From Basidiobolus meristosporus CBS 931.73 (Eukaryota > Fungi > Basidiobolomycota), in assembly GCA_002104905.1 (NCBI GenBank), contig MCFE01000010.1:124001-188000 (forward strand): a DNA stretch of 64,000 nt, given 5' to 3'. The position numbers were made by a program, and so were the translations under genes. How positions within the stretch are numbered: the stretch's first letter is position 1; each line of letters begins with the position of its first letter. Below the pieces are notes generated by a model. The model was given only the letters and a program-made list of their open reading frames with translations, ran no database searches and was not told the DNA's origin. This document shows positions 1 through 13,331 of this stretch, one piece after another.

Positions 1-2
1 CA

Positions 3-731
3 AGGGACAAGCAGGCCAAAACAGATGCATCAGAGCAGAATTTATCCAAGAGAAAATGTAGTTCTTTACAAGAAGCACTCAGACAAAGTAGCAGTGAAAG
101 ACCTGGCAGTGATAAAGGAACAGGTAAAGGGAAAAATGTCTACCCAAGCCTGAGACAGGGAGGCATGCAAAAAAAACTGCAGTTCTTGCCAATTAATGAC
201 GCAAGCCAGGAACAGACTGAATCCCATCATAGCCAAGAAGAATAACCAACAAGAAAACTGCTGTTTTCACAAGAGTTGGATGCACAGCCAGTTGAGCTAC
301 ACTCCAGCAAGGTAGATGAGTTTGCTGAAAAAGGCAATTTGTCTACCACAGCCTCCACAGCCTCCATTGTTGACAGAGTAGAGATCACACTGACAGACAA
401 GGCTACAACATCAAGAGCTTGAAAGACTATCACAATGCCTTTAGTGGAGTTTTGGAACATTAATAGGCACACCAAGAGGTTGCAGCACTTCTTCAAGAGC
501 AGTGCTCAAGAAAACACATTGGAATATTGCAAGGATTTATTGCAAAGACTGGCAGATGAGGAGCTAGACCCTGCAGTGCCAGCTGAAGATCAGGACGTGT
601 GGGAACCAGTGAATGGACAGTGGCATAAAGCCATTGGGTTCCTGCCAAAGTCATGGAACCAGAGCATTACAGCAGAAATACTTATTCAGTGGTGGATTTT
701 AATGGAGTTACTGGTTAAGTATGGGGTATAG
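3..731 (+). pseudogene. Decayed ORF fragment, probably transposon-derived, in CpG-depleted sequence
   Basis: One reading frame runs 3-731, broken by only two stops (TAA 243-245, TGA 420-422) that could be CAA/CGA C>T changes. About 4 CG dinucleotides in 1-1140. No recognisable family motif. Confidence 0.4.
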
Positions 732-3501
732 AGACTTGTATAGGTCAATACAATTGGCAATTGAGGTACAACTGAAGTTTCAATGGAAATAAATCAATTT
801 GTATGCATGAAAAGTAAGAGAAACGGTTGAGTCAGGAAGTAAGGAGTGTGAAAAAGAGGCAATAGCCAATCAATTCACACAAATGTAGGAGGCAATAGAT
901 TGTCTGGGATCAGAAAGTGAGCAAATTGGCAGGGAACCAATCAAAAACCACTTACACATTGTTATGATGAAAAATTTTGACTAAGTTTTTTGTGAAATCT
1001 GGGGTGCAATTATTTTTCAATGGCCTCTGGATGGTGTCCTGACAAGATCAGTACCTCTTAGTCACGGGACTTTAACTTTGTGACAGCCTTTTGACAGGAT
1101 CATCCCAATAATTTTTCATAGGGTTGAAGAAATATAAGCTACCTAAACAACTACATCTGATGATACTCATAGCTTCATTCACCCATCGGAGTTGTAGTAT
1201 TTATATAGGAGAGCACGTATATTTCAAGTACCACTCTGCCAGAGTAGTGGGTCGTGCAGGTGCCACCCTCCTCTACAACCCAACCAGTATCATGCTAACA
1301 GGCATTGTTCACAAAGAAATCCGCCAGATCAATCAATTGCTGGCAACCCATGGGTGATGGAGATGTCCAACCTCAAGACCGTTCATACCATGGAGCAGAC
1401 CCAGGGTAGAACAGTGCTTGTATTACTTCCTGAGTTCCCCACCCAGGCCCAAATGAATCGCCTCATCCCCTCCTGCAAGCCAATGACAATATTTGGGACA
1501 CCAATCAGATTCGTTGCCACCAAAGCGTGCCCTACGAGCTGGGTTTTGCGGAACATAGAGATCTACCCTTACAATTGACAGCAGTCATTGGGCCAACCAC
1601 GAAAGGATCCATTTGTAGCTGGCACGTCACTTTCGCGTACCTGGTTCCACATTGCCCCATGGTTGTGACTGTAGTATGGGAGAGGGAAGGGAGTGGTAGA
1701 TAATAGCAGCTTGGAAGGTGCGGAAGATATGGGCCGGCTGAAGCCCAACTAGCTAGTCTCGGTCGTCAAGCAATTGGATTCTTATTTGGGTAGGTAAGAA
1801 CCTCCCAGGCCTCCAGCAAGGATTAGTGGTTTCTAGTCCTTATCTTACGGCAGATAAGCAAAGGACCCAACCCCCGCTAGCATTTGGCATCGACGGTCTT
1901 GCCTAAATCAACCAGCACTTCGTGAAACGTCGGTTCAGCGGATTTGGTGGCTTGTCGGCACCTGTCAACTCTCAGCGATACCATAGTTGTCTTGGACGCT
2001 AATCTGATGGCATACCGGATTTCCTGCCAAACAGTGGGTCACCTACCAAATGTTGGGGAGCGAAGATTTCCCATGGAACCCAGGTGTTCAACTGCTTCAT
2101 CAGCTGGTTGACCATTGCCCACTGTGAATTAATGTTCTGTGGCCACACCAACATTTCAGTGATCATCCAGTCAGATCTGAAAGGCGGCCCACTTAACCAG
2201 CCCATTCCGAATCAGGAATCTGTGAAGCGGAATGGATTTCATTCGTGGCTGTCTAAATGCATTGCTTGAATGTGTGAGTTGGATGCATGGCCGGTCCATT
2301 GGGCATCTGCCACCGATCATTATCCCTCCACATTGGTCAACCCAGCTCGACTGACAGCATTGGGTAAATTTGAAACAGAGCAGCTTGTGGCTCTGCCCAC
2401 CCCAGCAGCCTGTGGAAGCGTCCGGCCGGTGTCTGCTCTAACCAAGCACCCATCTCTTGTGTGGACCACGTGGCATGTGGAGGTGGATGTTAATAAGCGG
2501 ATGGATGCTGTTGAAGAACCACCGGCGCTCCCCACAGTCGCAACGTTCAGGCCATAGGTTTTCTTGGGGCTAATTGCGAAGTGATAGCGGTCAGATCACC
2601 AAGCGAGCCTTGCGCCTTGCAAATCCCCGAGATTACTAAGTGTGCTGATGACGCCATCTCAAGCCCTGGCTAATGTATGAAAGAGCGTTCGATCGAAATC
2701 AACCCTTCACCGCCATAGAAACCCTTCGGTCGCCGTCACCCGCCTTTCCAGCGGCCGGAGTGGATTCAAAACCCGCGTTCATCGAGCAGCTCGGTTGGCA
2801 TAGTAGGCCAGTGTGGATAGTCGGCTTCGCATCAGGCCTCATCTGCTTCGAGCATAAATGAACCACCGTGCTCCGGTAGTACTGGTTGAAGGTTCATCGG
2901 TAGACGGTTTAGGAAGTCGGTTGGCTTATGTAGTGATCACCAGGATTGTGGAACCACCCAACCTCAGCAATCTATATGATTGATGATACGGATGGGGCGA
3001 CGGTGGGGGCCATGATTGCTGATGCTACTAAGGGTAAGGATATATCATATATACAGTACCACCATGGCTGGGCATTCAATCCCATGGTTGACTCATCATG
3101 AATTCCGCTGGGATCTGATGAGTCTGAACACCAGCGGTGATTGGCCCAGATGAGGAGCCATTCATGCATCTCTCGACGTGATTGGTTGAGAAACATGTTC
3201 CTACGTCAAATGTCAAGTAACAAATGCCTCTTGTACCTCTTCAACTACAGTGTCTAGTTAGAGCCAAGGGGTATTGTCAATCCTAATACCAATGAGTATC
3301 GACGAGCTTGTCGATAAGATCTATTTACCTAGGTTGGGCATGGAGGGTGCGCTGGATCTTGCCATGTCTAAATGAAATTTGTCCAGCCTCGGGCGCTGAT
3401 TGGTGGGATGGAAAATTCTGCCCGCAACCTTCACAGATATAAACTTTCATTAATACTCCATGCTTGGCTGTATCCCCACTCTTCAAACTCCTTTTGTTGC
3501 G

Positions 3502-5538
3502 ATGGCTCCCCAAATTGATACAGTCGCTATTAACACCATCCGTGCTCTTTCGGCCGATGTTGTCCGTAAGGCTAACTCTGGCCATCCAGGCGCCCCAATG
3601 GGTTGTGCTCCCATGGCACACGCCTTATTCTCGAAATTCATGAAATACAACCCAAAGAATCCTCAGTGGGCCACCCGTGATCGCTTCGTCCTCTCCAATG
3701 GCCACGGATGCGCCTTGCACTATGTGATGCTTCATTTGGCTGGATACAATGTCTCCATCGAGGACCTGAAGTCTTTCCGTCAGCTCGACAGTGTTTGCCC
3801 CGGACATCCCGAGAACTTCATGACCGAGGGTATCGAGGTCACCACCGGTCCTTTGGGACAGGGTATCTCCAACGCCGTTGGCCTTGCCATCGCCGAAGCC
3901 AACTTGGCCGCCACCTTCAACAAGGATGGATTCCCTATCATCGATAACTACACCTATGTCATCCTTGGTGACGGCTGTCTCCAGGAAGGTGTTGCCGCTG
4001 AGACAGCCTCCCTCGCTGGCCATCTCAAGCTTGGCAAGCTCATCGCTCTCTACGATGACAACCACATCCAAATTGATGGTGATACCAATTTGGGATTCAC
4101 CGAGGATGTTAATCAGAGATTCGAGTCTTACGGCTGGCATACCCTCACTCTGACCGATGGTGATAACGACTTCGAAGGTCTCGTCGCCGCCATCGAAGAG
4201 GCCAAGCAGGTTACTGACAAGCCCACCTTGATCAAAATCCGTACCACCATCGGCTATGGTTCTAAGAACGAGGGAACTGAGAAGGTCCATGGTGCTCCCT
4301 TGAGCGCTGATGACATTGCTCAAGTCAAGACCAAGTTCGGCTTCAACCCCGAGGAATCCTTCTCAGTTGCCCAAGAGGTCAGCGAGTTGTATGCCAAGGT
4401 TGCTGAGGTTGGAGCTCAACAGAATGCCGAATGGGAGGCTTTGTTCGAGAAATACTCCGCCGAATTCCCCGAACTTGCCGCCGAGTTCAAGCGCCGTTTG
4501 TCCAATGAGCTTCCCAAAGAACTCGAGGAAGCCCTTCCACGCTACACCCCTGCCGACCCTGCTGTCGCCACCAGAAAATTATCGGAGATCGTTTTGAACA
4601 AGGTCGCCGATATTCTCCCCGAATTCATCGGTGGCTCCGCCGATCTTACCGGATCCAACTTGACCAGATGGAAGACCGCTGTTGACTTCCAGCACGAGTC
4701 CACCGGTCTTGGTAGTTATGCTGGTCGTTACATCCGTTTCGGTGTCCGTGAGCATGGTATGGCCGCCATCTGTAACGGTATTGCCGCCTACGGAGGATTC
4801 ATTCCCTTCGGATCCACCTTCTTGAACTTCATCTCCTACGCTGTTGGAGCCACTCGTCTTTCTGCACTCAGCCATTTCCGTGTTGTATACATCATGACTC
4901 ACGACTCTATCGGTTTGGGCGAGGATGGACCCACTCATCAGCCCGTTGAAACTTTGGCCCACCTCCGTGCCACCCCTAACACCTTGGTCTTGCGTCCCGC
5001 TGATGGTAACGAAGTCTCCGGTGCTTACCTCGCCGCCTTCCAAAACACCACTCGTCCCTCCGTCCTGGCTTTGACCAGACAAAACCTTCCCCACTTGGAG
5101 GGATCCTCCATTGAGAACACCCTCAAGGGAGCCTACGCTCTTAAGCCCATCGAATCTCCTGATTTGATCTTGGTCGCCACCGGATCTGAGGTGTCCATCT
5201 GCGTTGAAGCCACCAAGGAGCTCGCTGAGAAGGGAATTCACGCCAGCGTTGTCTCCATGCCCTCCATGGAGCTCTTCGAGGAGCAGGATTTGGCATACAA
5301 GAAGAGTGTCTTCCCCGACGGAGTCCCCGTCATCTCCGCCGAGGCCATGACCACCTTCGGCTGGCAGAAGTATGCCCATGCCTCGATTGGATTGAAGACC
5401 TTCGGCGCATCGGCCCCCTACGAACAATTGTACAAGAAGTTCGGTTTGACCTCCAAGGATATCGCCGAGAAGGGAGTTCAAGTGACCGAATACTACAAGA
5501 CCCAACCTGTCCCCGTCTTGGTTGGTAAACCATTCTGA
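3502..5538 (+). CDS. TKL1: Transketolase (intronless)
   Basis: MAPQIDTVAINTIRALSAD start, SGHPGAPMG, GPLGQG, GDGCLQEG TPP motif, FGVREHGM, THDSIGLGEDGPTHQP. Start set at ATG 3502 inside the longer ORF. Confidence 0.98.
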   Translation: MAPQIDTVAINTIRALSADVVRKANSGHPGAPMGCAPMAHALFSKFMKYNPKNPQWATRDRFVLSNGHGCALHYVMLHLAGYNVSIEDLKSFRQLDSVCPGHPENFMTEGIEVTTGPLGQGISNAVGLAIAEANLAATFNKDGFPIIDNYTYVILGDGCLQEGVAAETASLAGHLKLGKLIALYDDNHIQIDGDTNLGFTEDVNQRFESYGWHTLTLTDGDNDFEGLVAAIEEAKQVTDKPTLIKIRTTIGYGSKNEGTEKVHGAPLSADDIAQVKTKFGFNPEESFSVAQEVSELYAKVAEVGAQQNAEWEALFEKYSAEFPELAAEFKRRLSNELPKELEEALPRYTPADPAVATRKLSEIVLNKVADILPEFIGGSADLTGSNLTRWKTAVDFQHESTGLGSYAGRYIRFGVREHGMAAICNGIAAYGGFIPFGSTFLNFISYAVGATRLSALSHFRVVYIMTHDSIGLGEDGPTHQPVETLAHLRATPNTLVLRPADGNEVSGAYLAAFQNTTRPSVLALTRQNLPHLEGSSIENTLKGAYALKPIESPDLILVATGSEVSICVEATKELAEKGIHASVVSMPSMELFEEQDLAYKKSVFPDGVPVISAEAMTTFGWQKYAHASIGLKTFGASAPYEQLYKKFGLTSKDIAEKGVQVTEYYKTQPVPVLVGKPF

Positions 5539-6182
5539 ACACTCTCACCTCCCGCTCACCAATGTATGATAAATTCTGTGCTTGTTAAACATTTGGGATC
5601 TTCGCCAAGTTAATTAGACAATAAATGTTTCCTAAAAGGAAGTAGGTTCAGGATGTTGAAAGGTCGAGGGGTGCAATGCTCCTTGTGGATTGGTTCGGCC
5701 CGGTGTAACTTGAAGGCGATGACGTATCATTGATCAAGGTTGGGACCCTTGACCGTAATGGAGGATCCCATTAGATCTTAGATACGGTCGGCTATGTCAT
5801 ACCTTCCGAAAATGGGCTCTTGAGAATGGCGACGATGGAGCATGAGAGAGATGGTGTTGAGACAAGGTCTCGGAGAACTTTCCCCGCCATGCGAATATCC
5901 TAGGGATGGAAATTTTTGGTTGGATGGGACAGGCCATGGGGTCGGAGCAAAATTCATTTTATTGTCTTGACTTGGGCAAGTAAGAGAGGTGGAAGAGCGA
6001 AGGCGAACGTGTGGTTCTTTCGTATTGGGGAATGTTCAGGCACTGATGGAATGGAATGGTTCATCCAGCGGGTTATTGGTACGGGATAGGAAATACAATA
6101 TATGTACAAACTCAAATACAATAGCAAAATTGATTCAGGGCGGTGTGGCTAATCGCAGGTAGATCTGGGTCAGCTGACTGGA

Positions 6183-8644
6183 TCACTCTTGGAGTAGACC
6201 TTGGGTGTTGGTCGGCATAGTTTGACTGTGAGTGGCTGGATACTGAGCAATGGCCATCATGTCGTGGGGCACAAGGGGGTTTTTCAGGGAAGAATCTCCC
6301 GAAGAGTTCACGAATAGACTACTCATAAGCTCGTCGAAGAAGGAATCTTGGCTGAACGGCATATCGGCTAGGTCTTGGAACCCGTCGAAGAATTCGAGAT
6401 CTCCATCGCGTACGGTGGACATTTCGTGAGGCGATTGGGATTCCGAGGGGAGGTTGAATTGTTGTTCGGGTGCGGCTTCGGTAGAAGAGCAACCAAATTG
6501 ATTGAATTTCAAACCTGAGGTAGGGGGTTGAAGAGTAACAGGAAATAGTGGGTTCTGTGCTTTGCAAGTGCTGGCCGTTTTGTTAGGAACACTGATCTCT
6601 CGCTGGGTGATGACCCGGTTCCGAATTGACACCAAACCTTTCAGCAGTATTCCATATTTCCCAGCCATAGGCCATTCTCTTTGTAGCATAAGCAGTGTAT
6701 GGTAAGTACGCTCAAGCTTATTCTTGGTTTCTTCGACAGCAGTGGCCATGTGGGAATACAATGAGTGCATGAATACTGTTCCTGCGGTGAAAATACCAAA
6801 GCTGATATGTGGGTAGTTGTAACATGAAGGATAGGAGTAGAGCTCCGGTATGGCAGCAACAATCTCGTTAGCAGAGACGATACATCTTTTCCATGAGGCC
6901 TGAACTACCGACTCCGCGGTGCTCATATCAAGATTGGAGCGATGGAGCAGGATTATAATGGCATGATATAGCATATGGATACATATGATAAATGCAGCCC
7001 TAGAATACCCACTGGGGGTTGCTTCATTCACCACCTTACAAGGATACTTAAATTGTGCAGGCAGCGACTCGGACCATGCGGTGAGGCTGTTTTCCAAGAG
7101 AGTAAACCTTGCCAGCGTTTCGACGCTGGAGCGGGATTTGCGGAATTTGGGACTGTTGACAAATTGCGATACTCTCCCCAACAAGGCAACCAATTTTACC
7201 CAGTGTGCACGATACCCAATGCAGTTCTCCTTTTTGGAGGACTGGTGGGATACGGATGATGGAAGCATGGTAGAAGCGTTGTCGGAAATATCGAGCAGTA
7301 CGGTTTCCACCGGGTTTTCGTTGTTGAAATCCCTGTCATCACAAGGAAGTAAAACTCTAGTGTCCTGCTCGTCGATGGCCATAGATCTGCCGGTTCCGCT
7401 GCTGACCAAACGATCACGGATGAAGCATGACCACCAAACCCTCCTTCGAGTTTCGACTTCAACCCACTCACTCGGACACTGGTTCTCTACCGAACCTCCT
7501 TCATCGATTCTGTTGATTCCAAGCTCTTGGGCCATTCTAATGCAACCATATGTTAGTCCAAGTGAAACAGGGTTCACGTCAATCTAACTCACCGGACAGC
7601 CATCCCGAGGTACATCCAGGATCTTGATATCCGGGCGTTGGTATACTCATAATAGGAGAAAATAAGGAGCGCCTGGATGGTAGACAGACAAGGGTCATCA
7701 AGACACAATACAAGAATATCACGGAATCGGTCCGAGAAGATCTCTCCACGTCTGGTAGATTCATCCGCGACAATAGCTGGATGGTTGGATAGGCGAGATA
7801 CACACGCACATATACTCAGAATCAATATGGGCGGGATTTCTTTGTTCTTCAATTTTCTGAAGAATGTGGGTCGATGAACAAATGGCATTTGGGGATAGAT
7901 GACATCGAAATAAAGATTCGCCAAGTGCTCGGTTATTTGTGGTGGTGGGAGTGAATCGGCTCCCACTAAACAGAGCACTTCAGAATCGCCTTTAGGAGAA
8001 GGAGTCTTCTCCTTACTTCCACCAGTGCTGAGGGAGTGAAGGCCAGAGGTATTTCCCAAATAAGATTGCGACCACACCTGCTCCACCTTCTCTCTAACAG
8101 CACTTTCTTCCTCAACCACTTCCTCCTCTTCCGCATCCGCCTCTTCCTTTGGCCTTTCATTTTGATAGGGTTGGGGGCCTTCAGGTAGCGCAAGGGAGCC
8201 AATGTTCCCAAAGAAAGGCGTACCACCTGCGTCAAAAGAGGGGATTGGAATGTGAGAGAAATTACTAAAATTATTGTAGCTAGTGGATAGCACAGGGATA
8301 GAAATCATGTTGGTGGACGCCTCGACAGGCAAACTAGAAGAACGAACAGAAACGTCTCGCCGTTCAATATTTATGGGCTGAATGGTGCTTGGAGCAGACA
8401 GGCGGCGGAAGAACTCGATGCTGCCGCCGGCAAACTCCTCTTCCATGGCCGGAGGCCCTTGTCGTGGGCCTCTTTTTTTGAAACTTGGTAAATAAGTGCA
8501 GGTCGCGTTTAAACGAATGCAGTTTGAACAACTTGGACGGTTTCCGTCACACTTGACTTTCTTTTTTCGACATACATCACACGCCTGCGTGAGGCGTCTT
8601 CTCTTGATTGGTTTTGAAGAATCCAAGGCTTCTTGAGAGTCCAT
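6183..8644 (-). CDS. Zn(II)2Cys6 transcription factor with fungal-specific TF domain, 2 exons (intron 7537-7592)
   Basis: ACDVCRKKKVKCDGNRPSCSNC zinc cluster; YLGMAVR|MAQELG joined across a GTGAGT...CTAAC...TAG intron; RRRVWWSCFIRD middle homology region. Confidence 0.93.
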
Positions 8645-9856
8645 ATCAAATATACTCAAAGACCAAGAAGAAGGTTGGGCAGTGTTGGGGATAGGATTTT
8701 CGCAGAGGTCAAGAAAAACTGATATCAGGGAAATAACTTAGGTGTAGGGCACTAAAGCACTTCGACTAGGGTTGATTGCGGAAACTAGAAATTAATGAGA
8801 GCAACTATCATATGTCCAAGCAGAGTAAGTGTGAACATGAGAAGGTATATATAGCAAACGTTGGCGGAATCCAGTTGATCCAAGAGTTTCAGTGAAATGG
8901 CAGATATAGAATCAACGCACGCTTTTGTGGGTATTGAAAATGAATACGCTTAGTAAAACATTTTGGCTATATCTTGCTTTCCACCTCTCATTGGCGTTCA
9001 TATGGATCCATTGGCCCAAAAAGCAAATAATTAGATGTCTACAGGAATCTCAAACCTGATGAATGCCATTTTGAACTGTAACATGCAATCTTGATTGAGT
9101 TAGTCTCACTTCAGGAATACCTAATAATCGTACAAACTCCATATCACTGGTCAGATGGAAGTACGACCAGTGATTGTTTTGTGCACATCTAAACTCTTAA
9201 TTCCACTTGCACTGCTGGTGGCTCCTGGCTCCCTAGAGAATGTGCTGCACCTATTACTGCTTGAGTACCGGTAGGCCATCATTCAAGAATTGGCTCAAAT
9301 CCTTGATATCCAGTGCTTGTTTGTTTACTAAAATGGTGCATAACGTGACCCACTGGAGTGAGCATGACTTGGATATTACTAGATTAGGAAGGGGCTATGT
9401 GCAATTATAGTAATACAAATCCTAAATGGAAGCGGGGACAGGGTTAGGTTTGGTTGTGTTGGAAAGCGTGCAATTGCCTTCGGGTGACTCAAATAAATCG
9501 CCTTCCACCAATACCACCACTCGCAGCACCCAAGCCCGATATGCCACGTATACCAGCTTGAATCAAACGAGTAAAATTGGGCACCTGTACTTGCGAACAG
9601 ATTCGCTTCAGTGGGCACATTGTTTCCTCTGAATGACTAAGCTTTAGTCAGGAAACGCTAATCCCTGCACCAAATGGCTGATTGGTGAAAGCGCTACTCC
9701 CACCGAATCGAAGCTTATTACAACGTTCTTTATTACCCATCAACATATTTAGAAGATTCGCACTTTGTATGCCAACTGGATGGTCCAGTGACATGCTGGT
9801 TGATGAAGGCCCAAGCTACCTATACACTCTACTATAATTCAAACAAGCTCATCCAT

Positions 9857-10922
9857 TTACGGCGTGCGAGAACGTGAGCGGCGTGAGCGATGATAGGATC
9901 GAACGGGTGAGCGAGAGCGAGATTCACTGGAAGAGTGTGAGCGACGTGAGCGACGGGATGATCGAGCTGGTGGGGATCGAGAGCGGGAACTTGAGTATGA
10001 GCGTGAGCGTGAGGAACGTTTCGAACGCCTGGATCGGGGTACAGGGGATCGAGATCTAGAATAGCTGGGCGAGCGTGAACGACGGGAGTAACGACGAGAT
10101 CTAGACTGATGTTTGTGTGATGAGGTAGACCTTCCTCTTCGCGATCTACGGGACTTGGAATCGCCGTCGGAAGAATAGGAGTCAGATGAGGATTCGCTGT
10201 CACTCTCACTCTCACTCTCACTTGAGGAGCTGCTAGAGCTATCGGTTGATTCGCTATCACTACTGCCTGAAGAGGAATATGAGCTTCGGCGGTTTCTTGA
10301 TCTAGTCTTCGATCTACTACGATCCTCTCTCTCGGACCTTTGTCGGTCTTCTTTTCGGGATCTTTCTAACGTCTCCAACTCTCGTTTAGCTCTAGCTGCT
10401 TCTTTTGTCGCAGCCTTCCTTTCCTCATCAAATGCCGCTCCTTCTACATAGGTTTCTTGGTTGATCCCGAGAGCTTTCATCATTTTGGCGTTCTCAAGCT
10501 CTTTAGCTTGTGCTAATTGATGAGTGTCGTGAACCTTTAGCTCTTTGGCATTGCTCTCGTCTGTGTTAGATAACTCCAATGTAAGAGTTTCCCTTAACTC
10601 TGATACTTTTTTCTCGATCTCCTCCTCCGGAACCCTACAAAAGTTGAAGGTTAGTACTCCCGGAAAAATCAGTATATTCTCCATTAACATACCCTTCATC
10701 TTCCAATTCAGTCTGCAAAGTAAAACATCTCAGTTCGATCTTTCGTTTACGATCGTGTTCGAGGATTCCCTGGTCCGGTTTTCTGGTGGTAGGTTTATAA
10801 TCTCTGTCGGAATCGAATTTGGACACCGGATCTCTGCGCTCCCTCAGAGCTGATAGGTTTCTTACAACAAAACCGTTGGTGCCCGAACCACGGGGTGTAG
10901 AAAGCCCAATCCCGTTGTACAT
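9857..10922 (-). CDS. CWC21: Pre-mRNA splicing factor Cwc21/SRRM2-like with RS-rich tail, 2 exons (intron 10635-10692)
   Basis: MYNGIGLSTPRGSGTNGFV N-terminus, ILEHDRKRKIEL cwf21 domain, in-frame splice EDEG|VPEEEI, Ser/Arg-rich C-terminus. Confidence 0.93.
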
Positions 10923-11305
10923 TTGTAACGCTGGACTGTGAAAATAAGTTGAAATACAGGAACTAAGAGTCGTTAGAAAAAAAGATATAGGTGTCTAGAA
11001 AAAATGATTTACTATTGACTTGGATGGACCATATCAAAGCAGCTGATCTAGGAATTACTTGATGATCATTTGCATGGATCTCATGTCGAGTGCAAAGTAA
11101 ATCGATATAATTATATGCATTGTACACTAGTTGAGGCCTAGATTATCATGATTAATAGATGTGTGAAAATTGCATATATGCGCTGGTGAATGTGCTAATA
11201 GGTTGAAAAAAAATGACCAACCTCACTCGCTTGCAGTGCTTACTAAGGAAGTATACACTCCACAATAAAGTACCATACCAAGTTCATAGAAATTTGGCGT
11301 ATAGA

Positions 11306-12411
<1,106 letters not shown>

Positions 12412-13331
12412 GTGTAGTACAGTAGCTTGGATGAATCTGGCGCAACAGATAATAAATTTTTCATACGATATTTGAGTCTCGTACAATATCCACTTCCATC
12501 AAGGCAGACTTGGCGTATAGACCAATGACAGATCTTATTCAGAACATCATTGATGCTCATCTGTATCGGATCACGTATGAATCTTGACGGAGTCGACATA
12601 TTATGTGACTGTTTAATGTGGAAACTAATACCAGTTCTTCGTAAAACAAACTCTGAATATTGCCTTTTATCATCGTCCTTTCTGGGAAGGCCCCTGGAAG
12701 GCGTAGCAACAAGCCGATTTTCTCCGACTGCTTCCGCCAGAGAGGTAATCAAGCTAACTGGTTTTGGGACAACTACAGATCAGGAACCATACGTACACTT
12801 GATGGTCTCTCCATGCTGCGAAAGTGGGCTAACTCATCGGAATTGGTAACACATTACATTCGGGGGAGAGGTACAACGGTTTATTGGGTACCTGATGCCT
12901 GATTACTCTCAATGCACCAATTGGCCAGGTAGCCTATCCAGCAGACCTAATTGTTGTTTTCAGCAATTTCGTACGTAAAACAAGAATGAGGCTAACATTA
13001 TCTGATGGCTGTTGAGATCACAGTAACTCAATAACGCCAATTAGCTTCGTGTGTAACTAATATCCCTCGCCTTGCGTCATTGTGAACTCAGGCAATTGAG
13101 ATATCACGCTTTAGCATAATCCACATTGGCGCTGTTTGCCAAATAGTGGAGATTCACTTTACTTGTCAATATGGTAGTACGGTGATCGTGGGCATGTGTG
13201 GGCCTTCTTGTCCAAGTATACTAGTAATTATGGGAAAATATTGAAGATACATGTACATTTCAGATGTTTCCATAAGTTTCTGAGAGGGTAAATGGTGGGG
13301 ATAGATGAATTCTGGAGTGCGTGGCATGAAC

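Noticed and set aside
1124-3200. Short ORFs with faint motif echoes (AGATLL, HLVGDPLFG, LILAGGLGG)
   Set aside because: The echoes point to unrelated families, all frames contain many stops and no coherent gene or element could be assembled.
3625-5505. Long antisense ORFs (232 aa and 308 aa) opposite transketolase
   Set aside because: Shadow frames produced by the strong codon bias of a highly expressed gene; no motifs. The same applies to the antisense ORFs in GPH1, OSM1 and UPF1.
9832-10260. Overlapping 142-aa ORF and repeats such as cactct in CWC21
   Set aside because: Alternative frame and codon repeats of the Ser/Arg/Glu-rich tail.
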